In this document: positions 1-10,155 of the stretch, in pieces
Layout of the letters: every line of letters begins with the position of its first letter
Position numbering within the stretch: the first letter of the stretch is position 1
Source of the DNA: Candidatus Bathyarchaeia archaeon
Lineage (GTDB): Archaea; Thermoproteota; Bathyarchaeia; Bathyarchaeales; Bathycorpusculaceae
Assembly: GCA_038883855.1 (NCBI GenBank)
Contig: JAVZLH010000001.1
Coordinates: 118,552-182,551, forward strand
Reading direction: 5' to 3'
DNA: 64,000 bases
Notes under the pieces: model-generated
What the model was told of the DNA's origin: nothing
Databases searched by the model: none
Seen by the model: only the letters and a program-made list of their open reading frames with translations
Program-made: the position numbers and the translations under genes

Positions 1-627
1 GGTTCGTGCGTTTCAAACTCCCACATTGCAGGGGCCGCGATAAAAATTGCCAATATCTTTGCAAAGCGCAATTTGAGAGCTAACTACGAAGAAATAGCTG
101 ATTACATCCTGAACCGTGTAGGCGCAGTTGGACTTGCATGGGGCGCTTACTCGCAGAAGGCTGTAGCAATTGCCAGCGGATTCTGGCGTTTAGGTGTTCC
201 AGTAATTGTTGGTCCTCATGGAATTAAGTATAGGCGTATGCTTTTGGGAAGGGCTGACCGCGAAGAGAACTGGTATGTTTATGATGCACGAACAGGCGAG
301 AAAGTTTACGTTGGACCAGCACCGGAACATCTCTTCTACGCTGCTGAAACCAAAGAAGAAGCCATGGTCATGATAGCCAAGCTTTGTATGCGACCCAACG
401 ACACCACGAAGGGCAGAGCCATAAAACTCACACACTACATAGACTTGCATAAGAGATTGTATGGCACAATGCCCGAAGACATACACCTATTCGTGCGCAC
501 AATTGCAGACATTCCAGTGACAATGAAAGATGAAATTGTCAAGATTCTGGACGAGAAAGGGTGGAAGGAAACAGTGATTCCAGACCCGACGCTTCTTCCA
601 CGGATGATTAGAAAACATAAGGAGTGA
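1..627 (+). CDS. cdhA: Acetyl-CoA decarbonylase/synthase alpha subunit (CODH), C-terminal part; the gene continues upstream of the window
   Basis: Frame 1 is open from base 1 ([20 protein letters not shown]...). It sits immediately upstream of cdhB-cdhC-cdhD-cdhE. Confidence 0.85.
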   Translation, partial: GSCVSNSHIAGAAIKIANIFAKRNLRANYEEIADYILNRVGAVGLAWGAYSQKAVAIASGFWRLGVPVIVGPHGIKYRRMLLGRADREENWYVYDARTGEKVYVGPAPEHLFYAAETKEEAMVMIAKLCMRPNDTTKGRAIKLTHYIDLHKRLYGTMPEDIHLFVRTIADIPVTMKDEIVKILDEKGWKETVIPDPTLLPRMIRKHKE

Positions 628-634
628 ATGAACC

Positions 635-1186
635 ATGGCAGCAGTAACTGAACCTTGGCAAACGGCAGAAATCCCAGGACCCAAAAAAGCTTTAGTCATA
701 ACAAAGGCTGATGTCGTTGCCGCCATGATTAAACGGGCGAAACACCCAATACTAGTCGTGGGACATAAGACTGTCGAAACAGAGCTTGAAGGACGGAAAC
801 TAATCGACTACATGATTGACCTTGCGAAAAAAGCCAATATCCCAGTAGTAGCCACAGCCCACATAGTCAGCGATTTCACAAAAAGAGGCTATAAACCCGC
901 TGGCTTCATGCCCGCTGTAGACATTGGAAACAGGCTTGTTGACGCCTCATGGAATGGGATCGACGGCAAAGGACCGCATGACCTAGCTTTGTTCGTCGGT
1001 CTTCCATACTACATGGAATGGACAATCCTTTCTGGTCTAAAGCACTTCGCCCCCAACCTGAAAACAATAACCCTGGACAACGTGTATCAACCACACGCAA
1101 GCTGGTCGTTTCCAAATATTTCTGTTAAAGATTGGATAGAAAACCTCAAGTTAATAATAGGAAAATTTGAAGGAGGAAGTGAATGA
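635..1186 (+). CDS. cdhB: Acetyl-CoA decarbonylase/synthase epsilon subunit
   Basis: 183 aa with AAGGAGTG about 9 nt upstream of the ATG. Sequence and position between cdhA and cdhC fit the epsilon subunit. Confidence 0.85.
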   Translation: MAAVTEPWQTAEIPGPKKALVITKADVVAAMIKRAKHPILVVGHKTVETELEGRKLIDYMIDLAKKANIPVVATAHIVSDFTKRGYKPAGFMPAVDIGNRLVDASWNGIDGKGPHDLALFVGLPYYMEWTILSGLKHFAPNLKTITLDNVYQPHASWSFPNISVKDWIENLKLIIGKFEGGSE

Positions 1187-1187
1187 A

Positions 1188-2597
1188 ATGTCAATGTTTA
1201 AAGACATACCGGTAGATGTGGGTGTAATCTATGAAGGCGAAAGGATCCGTAGAAAAGACATGTATGTGGAGCTGGGCGGACCAGACGTCAAAGAAAAATT
1301 CGAACTGGCAAGAGTCAGAAAACCCGAGGAAGTCGAAGATGGAAAAGTAACAATTATAGGGCCGGACATAAAGGATATGGCGGAAGGGAAAACCTACCCT
1401 CTGGGCATCCTCATAGAGGTTGCTGGCGCAAAACTTGAGCCAGAACTTGAAGGTGTCATAGAAAGACGTATACACGCCTACTGCAACTACATCGAAGGCT
1501 TCATGCACCTAAACCAGCGCTACGACATATGGCTTAGGCTAAGCAAAAAATCCTTTGAAAAAGGGTTAAACTCCTTCCAACTCATCGGAAAAGTCTTACA
1601 TAGACTTTTCAAAAGCGAACTGCCAATAATCGAAAAAATGCAAGTAACCTTCATAACAGACCCAGAGAAAATAAAGCCGCTCTACAACGAGGCTCTGCAA
1701 ATTTATGATGCCAGAGACGCCAGAGCAAGAGGGCTCAAAGACGAAGAAGTAGACAAATTTTACGGCTGCATCCTATGCCAGTCTTTCGCTCCAACCCACT
1801 GCTGCGTAATAACCCCGCAGCGATATTCGAACTGTGGAGCCATAAGCTGGTTTGATGGAAGAGCCGCAGCAAGCATAGACCCGAAAGGTCCGGTGTTCAC
1901 AATTGAAAAAGGCGAGCTGCTCGACCCTGTTAAGGGCGAATACTCTGGCGTAAATGAGGCTGTAAAGAAACGTACTCTAGGCGAAATTACTAGGGTTTGG
2001 CTTTACACAGCCTTTGGCTACCCGCACACTTCATGCGGCTGCTTTGAAGGCGTTGCCTTCTACATTCCAGAAGTCGACGGCTTCGGCATTGTGCACAGAG
2101 GCTACAAAGATGTCACTGTTAACGGACTGCCCTTCTCAACACTTGCAGACTCAACTGCTGGCGGAAGACAAGTGGACGGATTCCACGGCATATCAATAGA
2201 ATACATGCGCTCAAAGAAGTTCCTGCAAGCTGACGGCGGATGGAACCGAGTTGTTTGGATGCCAAAGGAAGTAAAGGAAAGAGTGAAAGACTTCATACCA
2301 GCCGAACTGGTTGACAAAATTGCAACAGAAGAAGACGCCAAAACAATCGATGAACTGAAGGCTTTCCTGAAAACGCAGAACCACCCGGTTTTAACGCGGT
2401 GGAAAGAGGAAGCCGTGGCAGTTGCAGAAGCGGCGCCAACCGAAGCTGCAGAAGAAGCGCCAATTGTGCCTGTGGCGACAGCCGCAACCCTGCCAATAAC
2501 AGCGGGAGGCTTCAAAATAATCTTAAAAGACGCAAAAATCTACGCAAAAAGAGTCATCATCCGCTCCATGAGAGGCGAAAAAACAGAGAAAAGGTGA
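1188..2597 (+). CDS. cdhC: Acetyl-CoA decarbonylase/synthase beta subunit (acetyl-CoA synthase, A-cluster)
   Basis: The ATG at 1188 follows GAAGGAGGAAGTG and lies 1 nt after the cdhB stop. Cys-rich A-cluster region present (CILCQSFAPTHCCVITP, HTSCGCFEG). Confidence 0.9.
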   Translation: MSMFKDIPVDVGVIYEGERIRRKDMYVELGGPDVKEKFELARVRKPEEVEDGKVTIIGPDIKDMAEGKTYPLGILIEVAGAKLEPELEGVIERRIHAYCNYIEGFMHLNQRYDIWLRLSKKSFEKGLNSFQLIGKVLHRLFKSELPIIEKMQVTFITDPEKIKPLYNEALQIYDARDARARGLKDEEVDKFYGCILCQSFAPTHCCVITPQRYSNCGAISWFDGRAAASIDPKGPVFTIEKGELLDPVKGEYSGVNEAVKKRTLGEITRVWLYTAFGYPHTSCGCFEGVAFYIPEVDGFGIVHRGYKDVTVNGLPFSTLADSTAGGRQVDGFHGISIEYMRSKKFLQADGGWNRVVWMPKEVKERVKDFIPAELVDKIATEEDAKTIDELKAFLKTQNHPVLTRWKEEAVAVAEAAPTEAAEEAPIVPVATAATLPITAGGFKIILKDAKIYAKRVIIRSMRGEKTEKR

Positions 2598-2603
2598 AAA
2601 CAC

Positions 2604-3815
2604 TTGGCTGAAAAAGAGAAGGCTTTAGGGCTGAAACTCAGCCCGCGCCTTATGGAACTTCTCGCAAAACTTCAGGAGATTGAGCTTGAAGACTTTGAAA
2701 TGAATGTTGGAGATTTGGAAATTTGGCTTCAACCCGGAGCCGTTTCCGCTCCTGTTGTTGCGCCGCCAAAAGTTGTTCCGCCAGTGAAAGCTAAACCAAC
2801 GGCTATTCTCGAGGCAGAGTTTATCCCCCCGGTTGAAACATACCCTGGTAAAATTGTGGAAGTGAAGCTTGGAGCCACGAGAAGCGAAGGTGGTACTCGT
2901 GGAAAAACTGTTACAATTGGAGGCGAAACCACCCCGGCCTTCTACACTTTTGAGCGTCCCACACCACACCCTCCAGTTGTAACGCTTGATGTTTTTGATA
3001 TCGAAGTTCCCCTCGCAAAGGCTGTGAAGATGCATGTGAAAGATGTTTTGGGAGATCCTGCCGCTTGGGCTAAGCTCGCAGTTGAAAAGTTCGGTGCGGA
3101 CCTCGTGACAATCCACCTAATCAGCATTGACCCTCTTGTGAAGGACGCCACGCCAAAAGAGGCTGTGAAAACGGTGGAGGAAGTGGCGCAAGCAGTTGAC
3201 GTGCCCCTTGTAATCGGAGGATGCGGCGACCCAGTGAAAGACGCTGACGTTTTTGAAGCGATTGCAGAAACATTCAAAGGTGAACGTTTCTTGATAAGCT
3301 CGCTTACGCGGGACATGGATATTGAAAGATGCGGCAAATTTGTAAAGAAAAACGGGCATGTCGCGCTTTCATTCACACCCATGGACTTGAACTTAGCTCG
3401 GGAACTTAACCGTAAACTCTACGATTACCTATCTAAAGAAGACATAATTATGGATTTGACAACCGCCGCGCTCGGCTACGGTCTCGACTACGCTTTTACA
3501 AACATGGAAAGAGCTAGGCTCGCAGGTTTAATGGGCGACCCAGAACTGGCGCATCCCATGTCCTCTGGAACAACAAACGCTTGGGCGGCAAGGGAAGCGT
3601 GGCTTAAAATGGCTCCAGAATGGGAACCCCGCGAACTGAGAGGACCCTTATGGGAGGTTGTGACGGCTTTGACTCTGCTGCTTGCTGGTGTAGACCTGTT
3701 TATGATGATGCATCCGGCTGCCGTAAAAACTCTGAAAGAGGTTGTTAAACAGTTGACTGGTGAGGGCATCGGGAACGCTAACAAACTCGTGGAATGGGTT
3801 TCCATGAAAGTTTAG
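2604..3815 (+). CDS. cdhD: Acetyl-CoA decarbonylase/synthase delta subunit (corrinoid protein small subunit)
   Basis: TTG start 6 nt after the cdhC stop, with AAAGGTGA upstream. 403 aa with a Pro/Val-rich linker followed by a TIM-barrel-like body, typical of CdhD. Confidence 0.85.
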   Translation: MAEKEKALGLKLSPRLMELLAKLQEIELEDFEMNVGDLEIWLQPGAVSAPVVAPPKVVPPVKAKPTAILEAEFIPPVETYPGKIVEVKLGATRSEGGTRGKTVTIGGETTPAFYTFERPTPHPPVVTLDVFDIEVPLAKAVKMHVKDVLGDPAAWAKLAVEKFGADLVTIHLISIDPLVKDATPKEAVKTVEEVAQAVDVPLVIGGCGDPVKDADVFEAIAETFKGERFLISSLTRDMDIERCGKFVKKNGHVALSFTPMDLNLARELNRKLYDYLSKEDIIMDLTTAALGYGLDYAFTNMERARLAGLMGDPELAHPMSSGTTNAWAAREAWLKMAPEWEPRELRGPLWEVVTALTLLLAGVDLFMMMHPAAVKTLKEVVKQLTGEGIGNANKLVEWVSMKV

Positions 3816-3839
3816 ATTGAGGGGTGTTTTGGAGAGAGA

Positions 3840-5282
3840 GTGTTTGGTATGAGTGGAAAAGAAGGTAAAGTTGGCGTGAAAGAGCTAAGCCCAATAGATG
3901 TTTACAAGCTTCTACCCAAAACAAACTGCAAGGAATGCGGCGAAGAAAACTGCATGGCTTTCGCAACAAAAGTTGTTAACCGCGAAGTCACCATCGAAAA
4001 ATGCCCGCCACTACTGAAGAAAGAACATGAAAAAGCCTACGCTCAGTTGAAAGAGATGCTGAAACCCGCCATAAAAGAAGTCATCGTAGGCGCCGGAGAC
4101 AAAGCCGTGAAAATCGGCGGAAAACTAGTTATGTACCGCCACGAACTCACATACTTTAACCCAACGGCAATCGCAATAGACGTAACGGACGAGATGTCTG
4201 ATGAAGAAATTCTTGACAGGGTGAAGCGCACAGAAAAGTTCAGCTTTGAATATATCGGGCAAACGCTGAAACTGGACATGATTGCAGTTCGCTCCACATC
4301 AAACGACCCTGAAAAGTTTAAGGCAACGGTAAAGAAAGTTGCAGAAAACACAACCTTGCCACTAATTCTCTGCTCGCTAAACCCAAACGTTCTGGAAGCG
4401 GGATTAATTGCAGTGCCAAAAGCGAGACCACTACTGTACGCGGCGACGAAAGACAACTGGAAAGACATGGCTGAACTTGCATTGATGTATAACTGTCCGT
4501 TAACGGTGTTTGCGCCAAACAACCTTAAACTGTTAAAGTCTTTGGCAAAAACCCTAATTGAATACGGTGTTGAAGACCTTGTGCTTGACCCCGGCACTTT
4601 TCCAAGCGAAGGCTTAACTGACACGCTGAACAATTTCACAATGATTCGAAGAGCAGCTTGCAAAGGAGGAGACGAACTTTTAGGCTTCCCGTTAATGGGT
4701 GTGCCCATGACGGTTTGGATGGAGAAAGGCGAAGCCCCCGCGGAAATTGCAAAGTGGAAAGAGGCTTACTTGGCATCTATGCTTATCGTCCGTTTTGCAG
4801 ATGTTGTGATAATGCACAGCGTTGACGGTTGGTCTCTTCTTCCAACGGTTATATTGCGGCAAAACATTTACACAGACCCACGCAAACCCGTAGCTGTAGA
4901 GCCAGGTTTGAGAGTTTTCGGGACACCAGACGAAAACTCGCCAGTAATGTTCACAACTAACTTCGCTCTCACATACTACACGGTAGCTTCCGACATAGAA
5001 TCCGCAAAAATAAATGCTTACCTGCTGGTTGTTGACACCGAAGGCATAGCCGTAGACAGTGCAGTGGCTGGAAGAAAATTGACAGCAGAAAAAGTTGCAG
5101 ACGCCTTAAAAGCTTGTGGACTGGAAAACAAAGTTAAGCATAGAAAACTAATAATTCCAGGAAAAGCAGCGCGGCTAAGCGGAGAAATTGAAGAACTCAG
5201 CGGTTGGCAAGTGATGGTTGGTCCAAGGGACTCGTCTGACATACCGAAGTTTCTACAGGAAAAATGGGCAACACAAGTTTAA
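3840..5282 (+). CDS. cdhE: Acetyl-CoA decarbonylase/synthase gamma subunit (corrinoid Fe-S protein large subunit)
   Basis: N-terminal 4Fe-4S motif CKECGEENCMAFA...EKCPP. 480 aa and last gene of the cdh operon. An alternative ATG start is at 3849. Confidence 0.9.
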   Translation: MFGMSGKEGKVGVKELSPIDVYKLLPKTNCKECGEENCMAFATKVVNREVTIEKCPPLLKKEHEKAYAQLKEMLKPAIKEVIVGAGDKAVKIGGKLVMYRHELTYFNPTAIAIDVTDEMSDEEILDRVKRTEKFSFEYIGQTLKLDMIAVRSTSNDPEKFKATVKKVAENTTLPLILCSLNPNVLEAGLIAVPKARPLLYAATKDNWKDMAELALMYNCPLTVFAPNNLKLLKSLAKTLIEYGVEDLVLDPGTFPSEGLTDTLNNFTMIRRAACKGGDELLGFPLMGVPMTVWMEKGEAPAEIAKWKEAYLASMLIVRFADVVIMHSVDGWSLLPTVILRQNIYTDPRKPVAVEPGLRVFGTPDENSPVMFTTNFALTYYTVASDIESAKINAYLLVVDTEGIAVDSAVAGRKLTAEKVADALKACGLENKVKHRKLIIPGKAARLSGEIEELSGWQVMVGPRDSSDIPKFLQEKWATQV

Positions 5283-5287
5283 TACTT

Positions 5288-5333
5288 CTTATTTTATCCC
5301 TTTTTGGGTAAAAAAGGAATAAGGTTTTGTTTT
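5288..5333. terminator. Hairpin plus T-run between convergent cdhE and thermosome genes
   Basis: Outer stem CTTATT (5288-5293) pairs with AATAAG (5318-5323). Inner stem CCTTTTT (5299-5305) pairs with AAAAAGG (5311-5317). Followed by GTTTTGTTTT. Confidence 0.4.
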
Positions 5334-6978
5334 AGTACTCTTCTCCACCGAGTTCTTCTTTAGGCTTTTTCTCCTTCTCTTTCTCCTTCTCCATGCCTTT
5401 CGCTGCAATCAAATCGTCGATCTTTAGTATCATGTTTGCTGCTTCTGTTGCTGATTTGATGACTTGTTGCTTAACTCGTAATGGTTCCACAACTTTTAGT
5501 TCAAGCATGTCTCTGACTTTGCCAGAGAAGACATCAACTCCATAAGATGGTGTAGCTGCGCTTTCGTGTTTAGCTCTTAAAGCAACCATAATGTCAATAG
5601 GGTCTAAACCAGCGTTTTCAGCCAAAATAAGCGGAATCGACTCGACAGCATCCGCGAAAGCTTCGATTGCCAGCTGCTCGCGTCCACCGACCTTAACAGC
5701 GTAATCCCTTAACTGCTTTGCAACTTCCGCTTCTGGTGCACCACCGCCTGGAACTATTTTTCCATCTTCTATGGCGTTTCTGACAACGCATAATGCGTCA
5801 TGTAAGGAGCGCTCTGCTTCGTCGACGACATGTTCTGTTCCACCTCTGATGACGATGGTTACTGCTTTGGGGTTCTTGCACTCCTTTACATAGATAAGTT
5901 TGTCCTCGCCTATCTTGACTTCTTCGACAATTTTTGCTTCTCCAAGCACGTCTGGCGTTAAGTCTTTGACACTGGCTATAATTTTGCCTCCAGTTGCCCT
6001 TGCAAGTTTCTCCATATCACTTCTGGTGAGGTTTTTAGCCGCTAAAATGCCTCTTTTAGCCAAGAAATGCAGCGCCACATCGTCTATGCCTTTCTCGCAT
6101 AAGACAACGTTTGCGCCGACCTCTGCAATCTTGTCAACCATTTCTTTAAGCATGCGTTCCTCTTCATCCAAGAAAAGTTTCATCTGCTCCGGGGTTTCAA
6201 TGTTAATTTTTGCGTCAAATTCCGTTTTCTCGATCTCCAATTTGGCATTTAAAAGCGCAATCTTCGCGTCTTTGACAAGTTTTGGCATCTGCGGATGAGC
6301 AACTTCCTTGTCAATGACCACGCCTTTGACAAGCTCTGTTTCGTCTAGACTTTTGCCGTGTTTCTTCAAAATTTTAATTAAATCAATGTCAGCCTTGAAC
6401 TTTCCATCTTTCTCCTCTGCAACTTGTTTTACGGCTTCAACAGCTAGTTTGGCAAAATGCTCTTTAGCCACTGTTATGCCTTTGCTGCCCATAGAAGTAA
6501 CCGCTATGTCGATAAGCCTTTCATCGTCATTTATGCTTATTGGTAACGCCATTTTCTCCAAGACTTCTTGGGCTTTTTCGCTGGCTTTCTTAAAACCTTC
6601 AATAATAACTGTTGGATGAATGTTCTGGTCTAAAAGTGTTTCAGCCTTTGCCAGAAGTTCCCCAGCTAAAACTGCTGCTGTCGTTGTTCCATCGCCCACC
6701 TCGTTGTCTTGAGCTTTTGCGACTTCCACGAGCATTTTTGCTGCTGGATGCTGTACATCAAGCTCCTTCAAGATTGTTGCGCCATCGTTTGTTATTGAAA
6801 CATCTCCAAAACTGTTTACGAGCATTTTATCCATGCCTTTCGGGCCTAAGGTTGTTTTCACAGTTTCCGCTATTATTTTTGCGGCCATTATATTGTTTCT
6901 CTGCGCTTCTCTTCCTGTCGTTCTGCTTGTTCCTTCCTTTAATATCAATACTGGAACAGTTCCAGAAGGTACGGACAT
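5332..6978 (-). CDS. ths: Thermosome subunit (group II chaperonin)
   Basis: 548 aa with the [17 protein letters not shown] nucleotide-binding motif and a C-terminal [11 protein letters not shown] tail. GGAGGTGA lies upstream of the ATG. Confidence 0.95.
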   Translation of the reverse strand: MSVPSGTVPVLILKEGTSRTTGREAQRNNIMAAKIIAETVKTTLGPKGMDKMLVNSFGDVSITNDGATILKELDVQHPAAKMLVEVAKAQDNEVGDGTTTAAVLAGELLAKAETLLDQNIHPTVIIEGFKKASEKAQEVLEKMALPISINDDERLIDIAVTSMGSKGITVAKEHFAKLAVEAVKQVAEEKDGKFKADIDLIKILKKHGKSLDETELVKGVVIDKEVAHPQMPKLVKDAKIALLNAKLEIEKTEFDAKINIETPEQMKLFLDEEERMLKEMVDKIAEVGANVVLCEKGIDDVALHFLAKRGILAAKNLTRSDMEKLARATGGKIIASVKDLTPDVLGEAKIVEEVKIGEDKLIYVKECKNPKAVTIVIRGGTEHVVDEAERSLHDALCVVRNAIEDGKIVPGGGAPEAEVAKQLRDYAVKVGGREQLAIEAFADAVESIPLILAENAGLDPIDIMVALRAKHESAATPSYGVDVFSGKVRDMLELKVVEPLRVKQQVIKSATEAANMILKIDDLIAAKGMEKEKEKEKKPKEELGGEEY

Positions 6979-7069
6979 TAGACATCACCTCCACACATGT
7001 TTTCTCATGTGAAAGATTAATTTGTTATGACAAAATTCTACACGAAAAGACACTTCTATATAAGCATTT

Positions 7070-8137
7070 CTAATCTTCGTCAGCCTTAACAATCTTGTAT
7101 CCGGAAGCCTTACGAAGTCTATTCATAACCGCCAAGCCAAGCCCCTCCATGGGTATGCCCTCCGCCACTATAACATCAACATTCTCAGCATCGAATTCTC
7201 TGAGAAGCCTAAACAAATTCCTAGCGATAGACGTCGTGTCGCTTCTACTTCCCAGAGATTTAACAACGCCAACCCCGTAGCCTGCAACAGTTTCATCGGT
7301 GGCAAGAACCCCAACCCTTTTGCCTTCTCGCGCGTAGATTTCAGCTAACTCCCTCGCTTTGTTAAACACTGCCGGCAGTTTTCCCTCAACAACAACCAAG
7401 TCTGCACGTGGAGCATAATGCTTATGTTTTACGCCGGGCGAACGTGCCTTCTCAACATCTACTTCCCTATCTGCAACAGCGACAAGACTAAGTCTCACAT
7501 CCTTAATAAACTGCTTTAACACTTCAAATGGAGTTCCTCCAGGACGAAGAACTTGCGGAGGGCTAGCTGTCAAATCCAGAACGGTTGATTCCACCCCAAT
7601 GTAAGTGGGTCCAGCATCCAAAACCGCATCTACCTTTCCATCCAGATCCTCCAAAACGTGCTCTGCCGATGTGGGACTTGGTCTTCCAGCCAAATTTGCA
7701 CTTGGTCCTATTATTGGGCGTTGGCTTTCCCTTATCAAGGCTAATGCAACTTCATGTCTTGGCATCCTAATAGCTATCGTGTCCAAACCAGACACGGTCA
7801 CGCTGGGAACAATGCTTGAACGTTTAAAAATAAGTGTTAATGGGCCTGGCCAAAGCTTTTTCATGAGATTTTCAGCTTCGGAGGGGACATTTTCGGCGAG
7901 TTTGTAAACTTCTTTTACGTCTGCCACGTGAATTATTGGAGGGTTGTCAAGGGGACGTTTTTTAGCTTCAAAAGCAGCTAAAACAGCCTTTGGATTTAGT
8001 GCATCTGCTCCCAAACCATAAACAGTTTCCGTTGGGAAAGCCACCAAGCCTCCCTTCTTTATCAAGTCTGCTGCCGTCTGGATTTTTTCTTTCTCCGGTT
8101 TTTGAGGGTTAACCTTTAACACTATGGTTTTTTTCAT
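7070..8137 (-). CDS. sua5: L-threonylcarbamoyladenylate synthase (Sua5/YwlC, YrdC domain plus Sua5 C-terminal domain)
   Basis: 355 aa. The N-terminal YrdC-like region (GGLVAFPTETVYGLGADA) plus a roughly 130-aa C-terminal domain is typical of Sua5. Confidence 0.9.
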   Translation of the reverse strand: MKKTIVLKVNPQKPEKEKIQTAADLIKKGGLVAFPTETVYGLGADALNPKAVLAAFEAKKRPLDNPPIIHVADVKEVYKLAENVPSEAENLMKKLWPGPLTLIFKRSSIVPSVTVSGLDTIAIRMPRHEVALALIRESQRPIIGPSANLAGRPSPTSAEHVLEDLDGKVDAVLDAGPTYIGVESTVLDLTASPPQVLRPGGTPFEVLKQFIKDVRLSLVAVADREVDVEKARSPGVKHKHYAPRADLVVVEGKLPAVFNKARELAEIYAREGKRVGVLATDETVAGYGVGVVKSLGSRSDTTSIARNLFRLLREFDAENVDVIVAEGIPMEGLGLAVMNRLRKASGYKIVKADED

Positions 8138-8265
8138 TGGGTGTCTTGTCCTTACTGTTTACTTCTAGATAAAACGAATGTGTGAGTTTCTTTATCTTTT
8201 TCCTTTCCATGACAACTTGCTGAACTATTATTTTAATAATTGGTCATATAACGGGGTAGGTCTTC

Positions 8266-8754
8266 TCAGACAACATAGTAATCTATGACTTTTTTCATGC
8301 TTTTTGGCGCAACATGTTTTGCAGCAAGCTGTTTAAGTATTTTTATCATTTGAGGCTGGAAACGAGCTATGTCTGTGAGGCTTACCAAACCTACGAGGCG
8401 TTTTCCATCTACTACTGGCAGCTTTTTAATTTTCATCTGAAACATTAACCGTACGGCTTCCTCTAAATCGGTGCTTGGTTCAACGACGACAAGCGGACTT
8501 GACATAACGTCTTTCACCTTCGTTTTATTTGCATCCCTAGCCTCTGCGACAACCCTCTTCAAAAGGTCCCTTTCGGTTATTATGCCGATGGCTTTCCCTT
8601 TTCTGACGGCGATTAAACATCCTATCTCAAACTTGTTCATGACTTCTGCTGCCTCTTTAACTGTTAGGTTCTCATCTATTGTTATTACTTCCCTAACCAT
8701 AACATCCTCAACTTTCAGCGTTAAGCCGCTTTCTTCTTCGTCAGACGACAACAA
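8266..8754 (-). CDS. CBS domain pair protein
   Basis: 162 aa with two CBS-like repeats (VMVREVITIDENLTVKEAAEVM... and VMSSPLVVVEPSTDLEEAVRLM...). Confidence 0.8.
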   Translation of the reverse strand: MLSSDEEESGLTLKVEDVMVREVITIDENLTVKEAAEVMNKFEIGCLIAVRKGKAIGIITERDLLKRVVAEARDANKTKVKDVMSSPLVVVEPSTDLEEAVRLMFQMKIKKLPVVDGKRLVGLVSLTDIARFQPQMIKILKQLAAKHVAPKSMKKVIDYYVV

Positions 8755-8793
8755 ATCACCGTCCTTTATCTCTCTTAAAATCCCATATATAAG

Positions 8794-10155
8794 TTAGTGT
8801 GCGGAAAATTTCTTCTTTAAAGCGCTTAAATTGCGGATAACCTCTTTGACATGTTCGCTGGCGGGAATTTCGGCGTGTTCAAACTTATCCTTGGGTTTAG
8901 TGAACGGTCTGGTGGCGTCTAAGCCAACTTTGGTAGTTAAGCCTGTTTCTTGGTCTGCTGAAGAGTCTAGGGATGAGCCTCTCGCATTTTCTATTACAAT
9001 TAGGTCTTCGCTCGCCTGAAAGCGTGTTGCGATAGCCCACTCCACATCGGAAACGCTAAAAACGTCGATGTCTGAGTCCACGACAACAGCATGTTTTAGG
9101 CTGGGATGCGCAGCAAAAGCCGCTAGCAAAGCGTTTTTTCCATCTCCGTCAAGTTGTTTATCTATTGAGATTATTGCGTGAAGCCATCCGCATCCACCTT
9201 CTGAAAGGTTGACAGCATGAACTTTCGGCACAACCTTTGAAACAGAATCCCAAATCAACACTTCATGAGGCAACCCCATCAAAAGCCTATGCTCTGCTCC
9301 AGAAGGCAAAAGCGCCTGATAAACATAGTCTCTGCGATGCATGACGCCGACTATTTCCACAACAGGCTGTTTTCGCACAATGTCGTAGGTTCCAGTTACA
9401 TCCACAAAGGGGCCCTCGTCAACTTCCTTTTTCGCAGATATTTTGCCCTCCAAAACCAGTTCTGCTTCTGCAGGGGCATAGGCGTTTACATGTTCGCACG
9501 CGATTAGGCGGAGACCGCCGTCCATCAAAGTGTTTGCCACCTCAAACTCGTTAACTCCAAAAGGAAGTGGTGAAGAGGCTACTAGCATAACTGCTGGATG
9601 TACACCAATGGAGATGGAAACATCCAAGTCTTTGCCTGCTTCCTTCGCCATGGACCATAATTTATAAAGGTGTCGTGGAACCAAGCGAATTGCTAAATGC
9701 TTCCTGTCCAAAAGTTGGAGGCGATGCACAGACACGTTTTCAATGGCGCCGTCAAGGCTTCTGCCGTACACAACTGCTGAGGTTATGTATGGAGCAGCAT
9801 CTCTTTCAAAATGGTGAAGGATTGGAATTTCTGACAAATCATTTTTAACAACTTCCTTAACCGGGCCGTCGCTTGCGATTTTTGGTTTTTTCGGTGAACG
9901 CCACGCCTCGATTAGCCTCTTATAGATTTCCTCTTCTTTGACTTTAAGCGCCGCGCAAATCCTTTTACGAGTTCCACACACATTAGCAACAACTTTTGTC
10001 TTGTAGCCTTCAACGTTTTCAAACATGAGGATTGGGCCGTTGCTGTCGAAGTTTTTCATAATGTAGGCCGCTTCAAACTGCGGGCTAACTTTATCCTTTA
10101 TGTGTAGAATCTCCTCCTTTTCCTCCATCACTTTAAGAAATTCTCTTAGGCTCAT
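8794..10155 (-). CDS. UbiD-family (prenylated-FMN dependent) decarboxylase
   Basis: 453 aa with overall UbiD-family sequence. Its start overlaps the stop of the upstream 123-aa ORF as ATGA. Confidence 0.8.
   Translation of the reverse strand: MSLREFLKVMEEKEEILHIKDKVSPQFEAAYIMKNFDSNGPILMFENVEGYKTKVVANVCGTRKRICAALKVKEEEIYKRLIEAWRSPKKPKIASDGPVKEVVKNDLSEIPILHHFERDAAPYITSAVVYGRSLDGAIENVSVHRLQLLDRKHLAIRLVPRHLYKLWSMAKEAGKDLDVSISIGVHPAVMLVASSPLPFGVNEFEVANTLMDGGLRLIACEHVNAYAPAEAELVLEGKISAKKEVDEGPFVDVTGTYDIVRKQPVVEIVGVMHRRDYVYQALLPSGAEHRLLMGLPHEVLIWDSVSKVVPKVHAVNLSEGGCGWLHAIISIDKQLDGDGKNALLAAFAAHPSLKHAVVVDSDIDVFSVSDVEWAIATRFQASEDLIVIENARGSSLDSSADQETGLTTKVGLDATRPFTKPKDKFEHAEIPASEHVKEVIRNLSALKKKFSAH

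Noticed and set aside
2102-2515. A 137-aa minus-strand ORF, plus other antisense or alternative-frame ORFs across the cdh operon (for example 2625..3116, 2942..3382, 4043..4708)
   Set aside because: They overlap CdhC/CdhD/CdhE, whose identity is clear. The translations are Ser/Ala/Thr-rich without motifs and there are no start-site signals.
1-5282. Absence of a cooC/cdhX accessory gene between cdhC and cdhD
   Set aside because: Operon composition varies among archaeal CODH/ACS clusters, and the maturation ATPase can be encoded elsewhere. This is not an anomaly on the evidence available.
5900-7073. Three long plus-strand ORFs (5900..6298, 6308..6619, 6612..7073) antisense to the thermosome gene
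   Set aside because: They lie entirely within a very well supported gene on the other strand. Their Ser/Leu/Phe-rich low-complexity translations are typical of the antisense frame of a Lys/Glu/Ala-rich gene.
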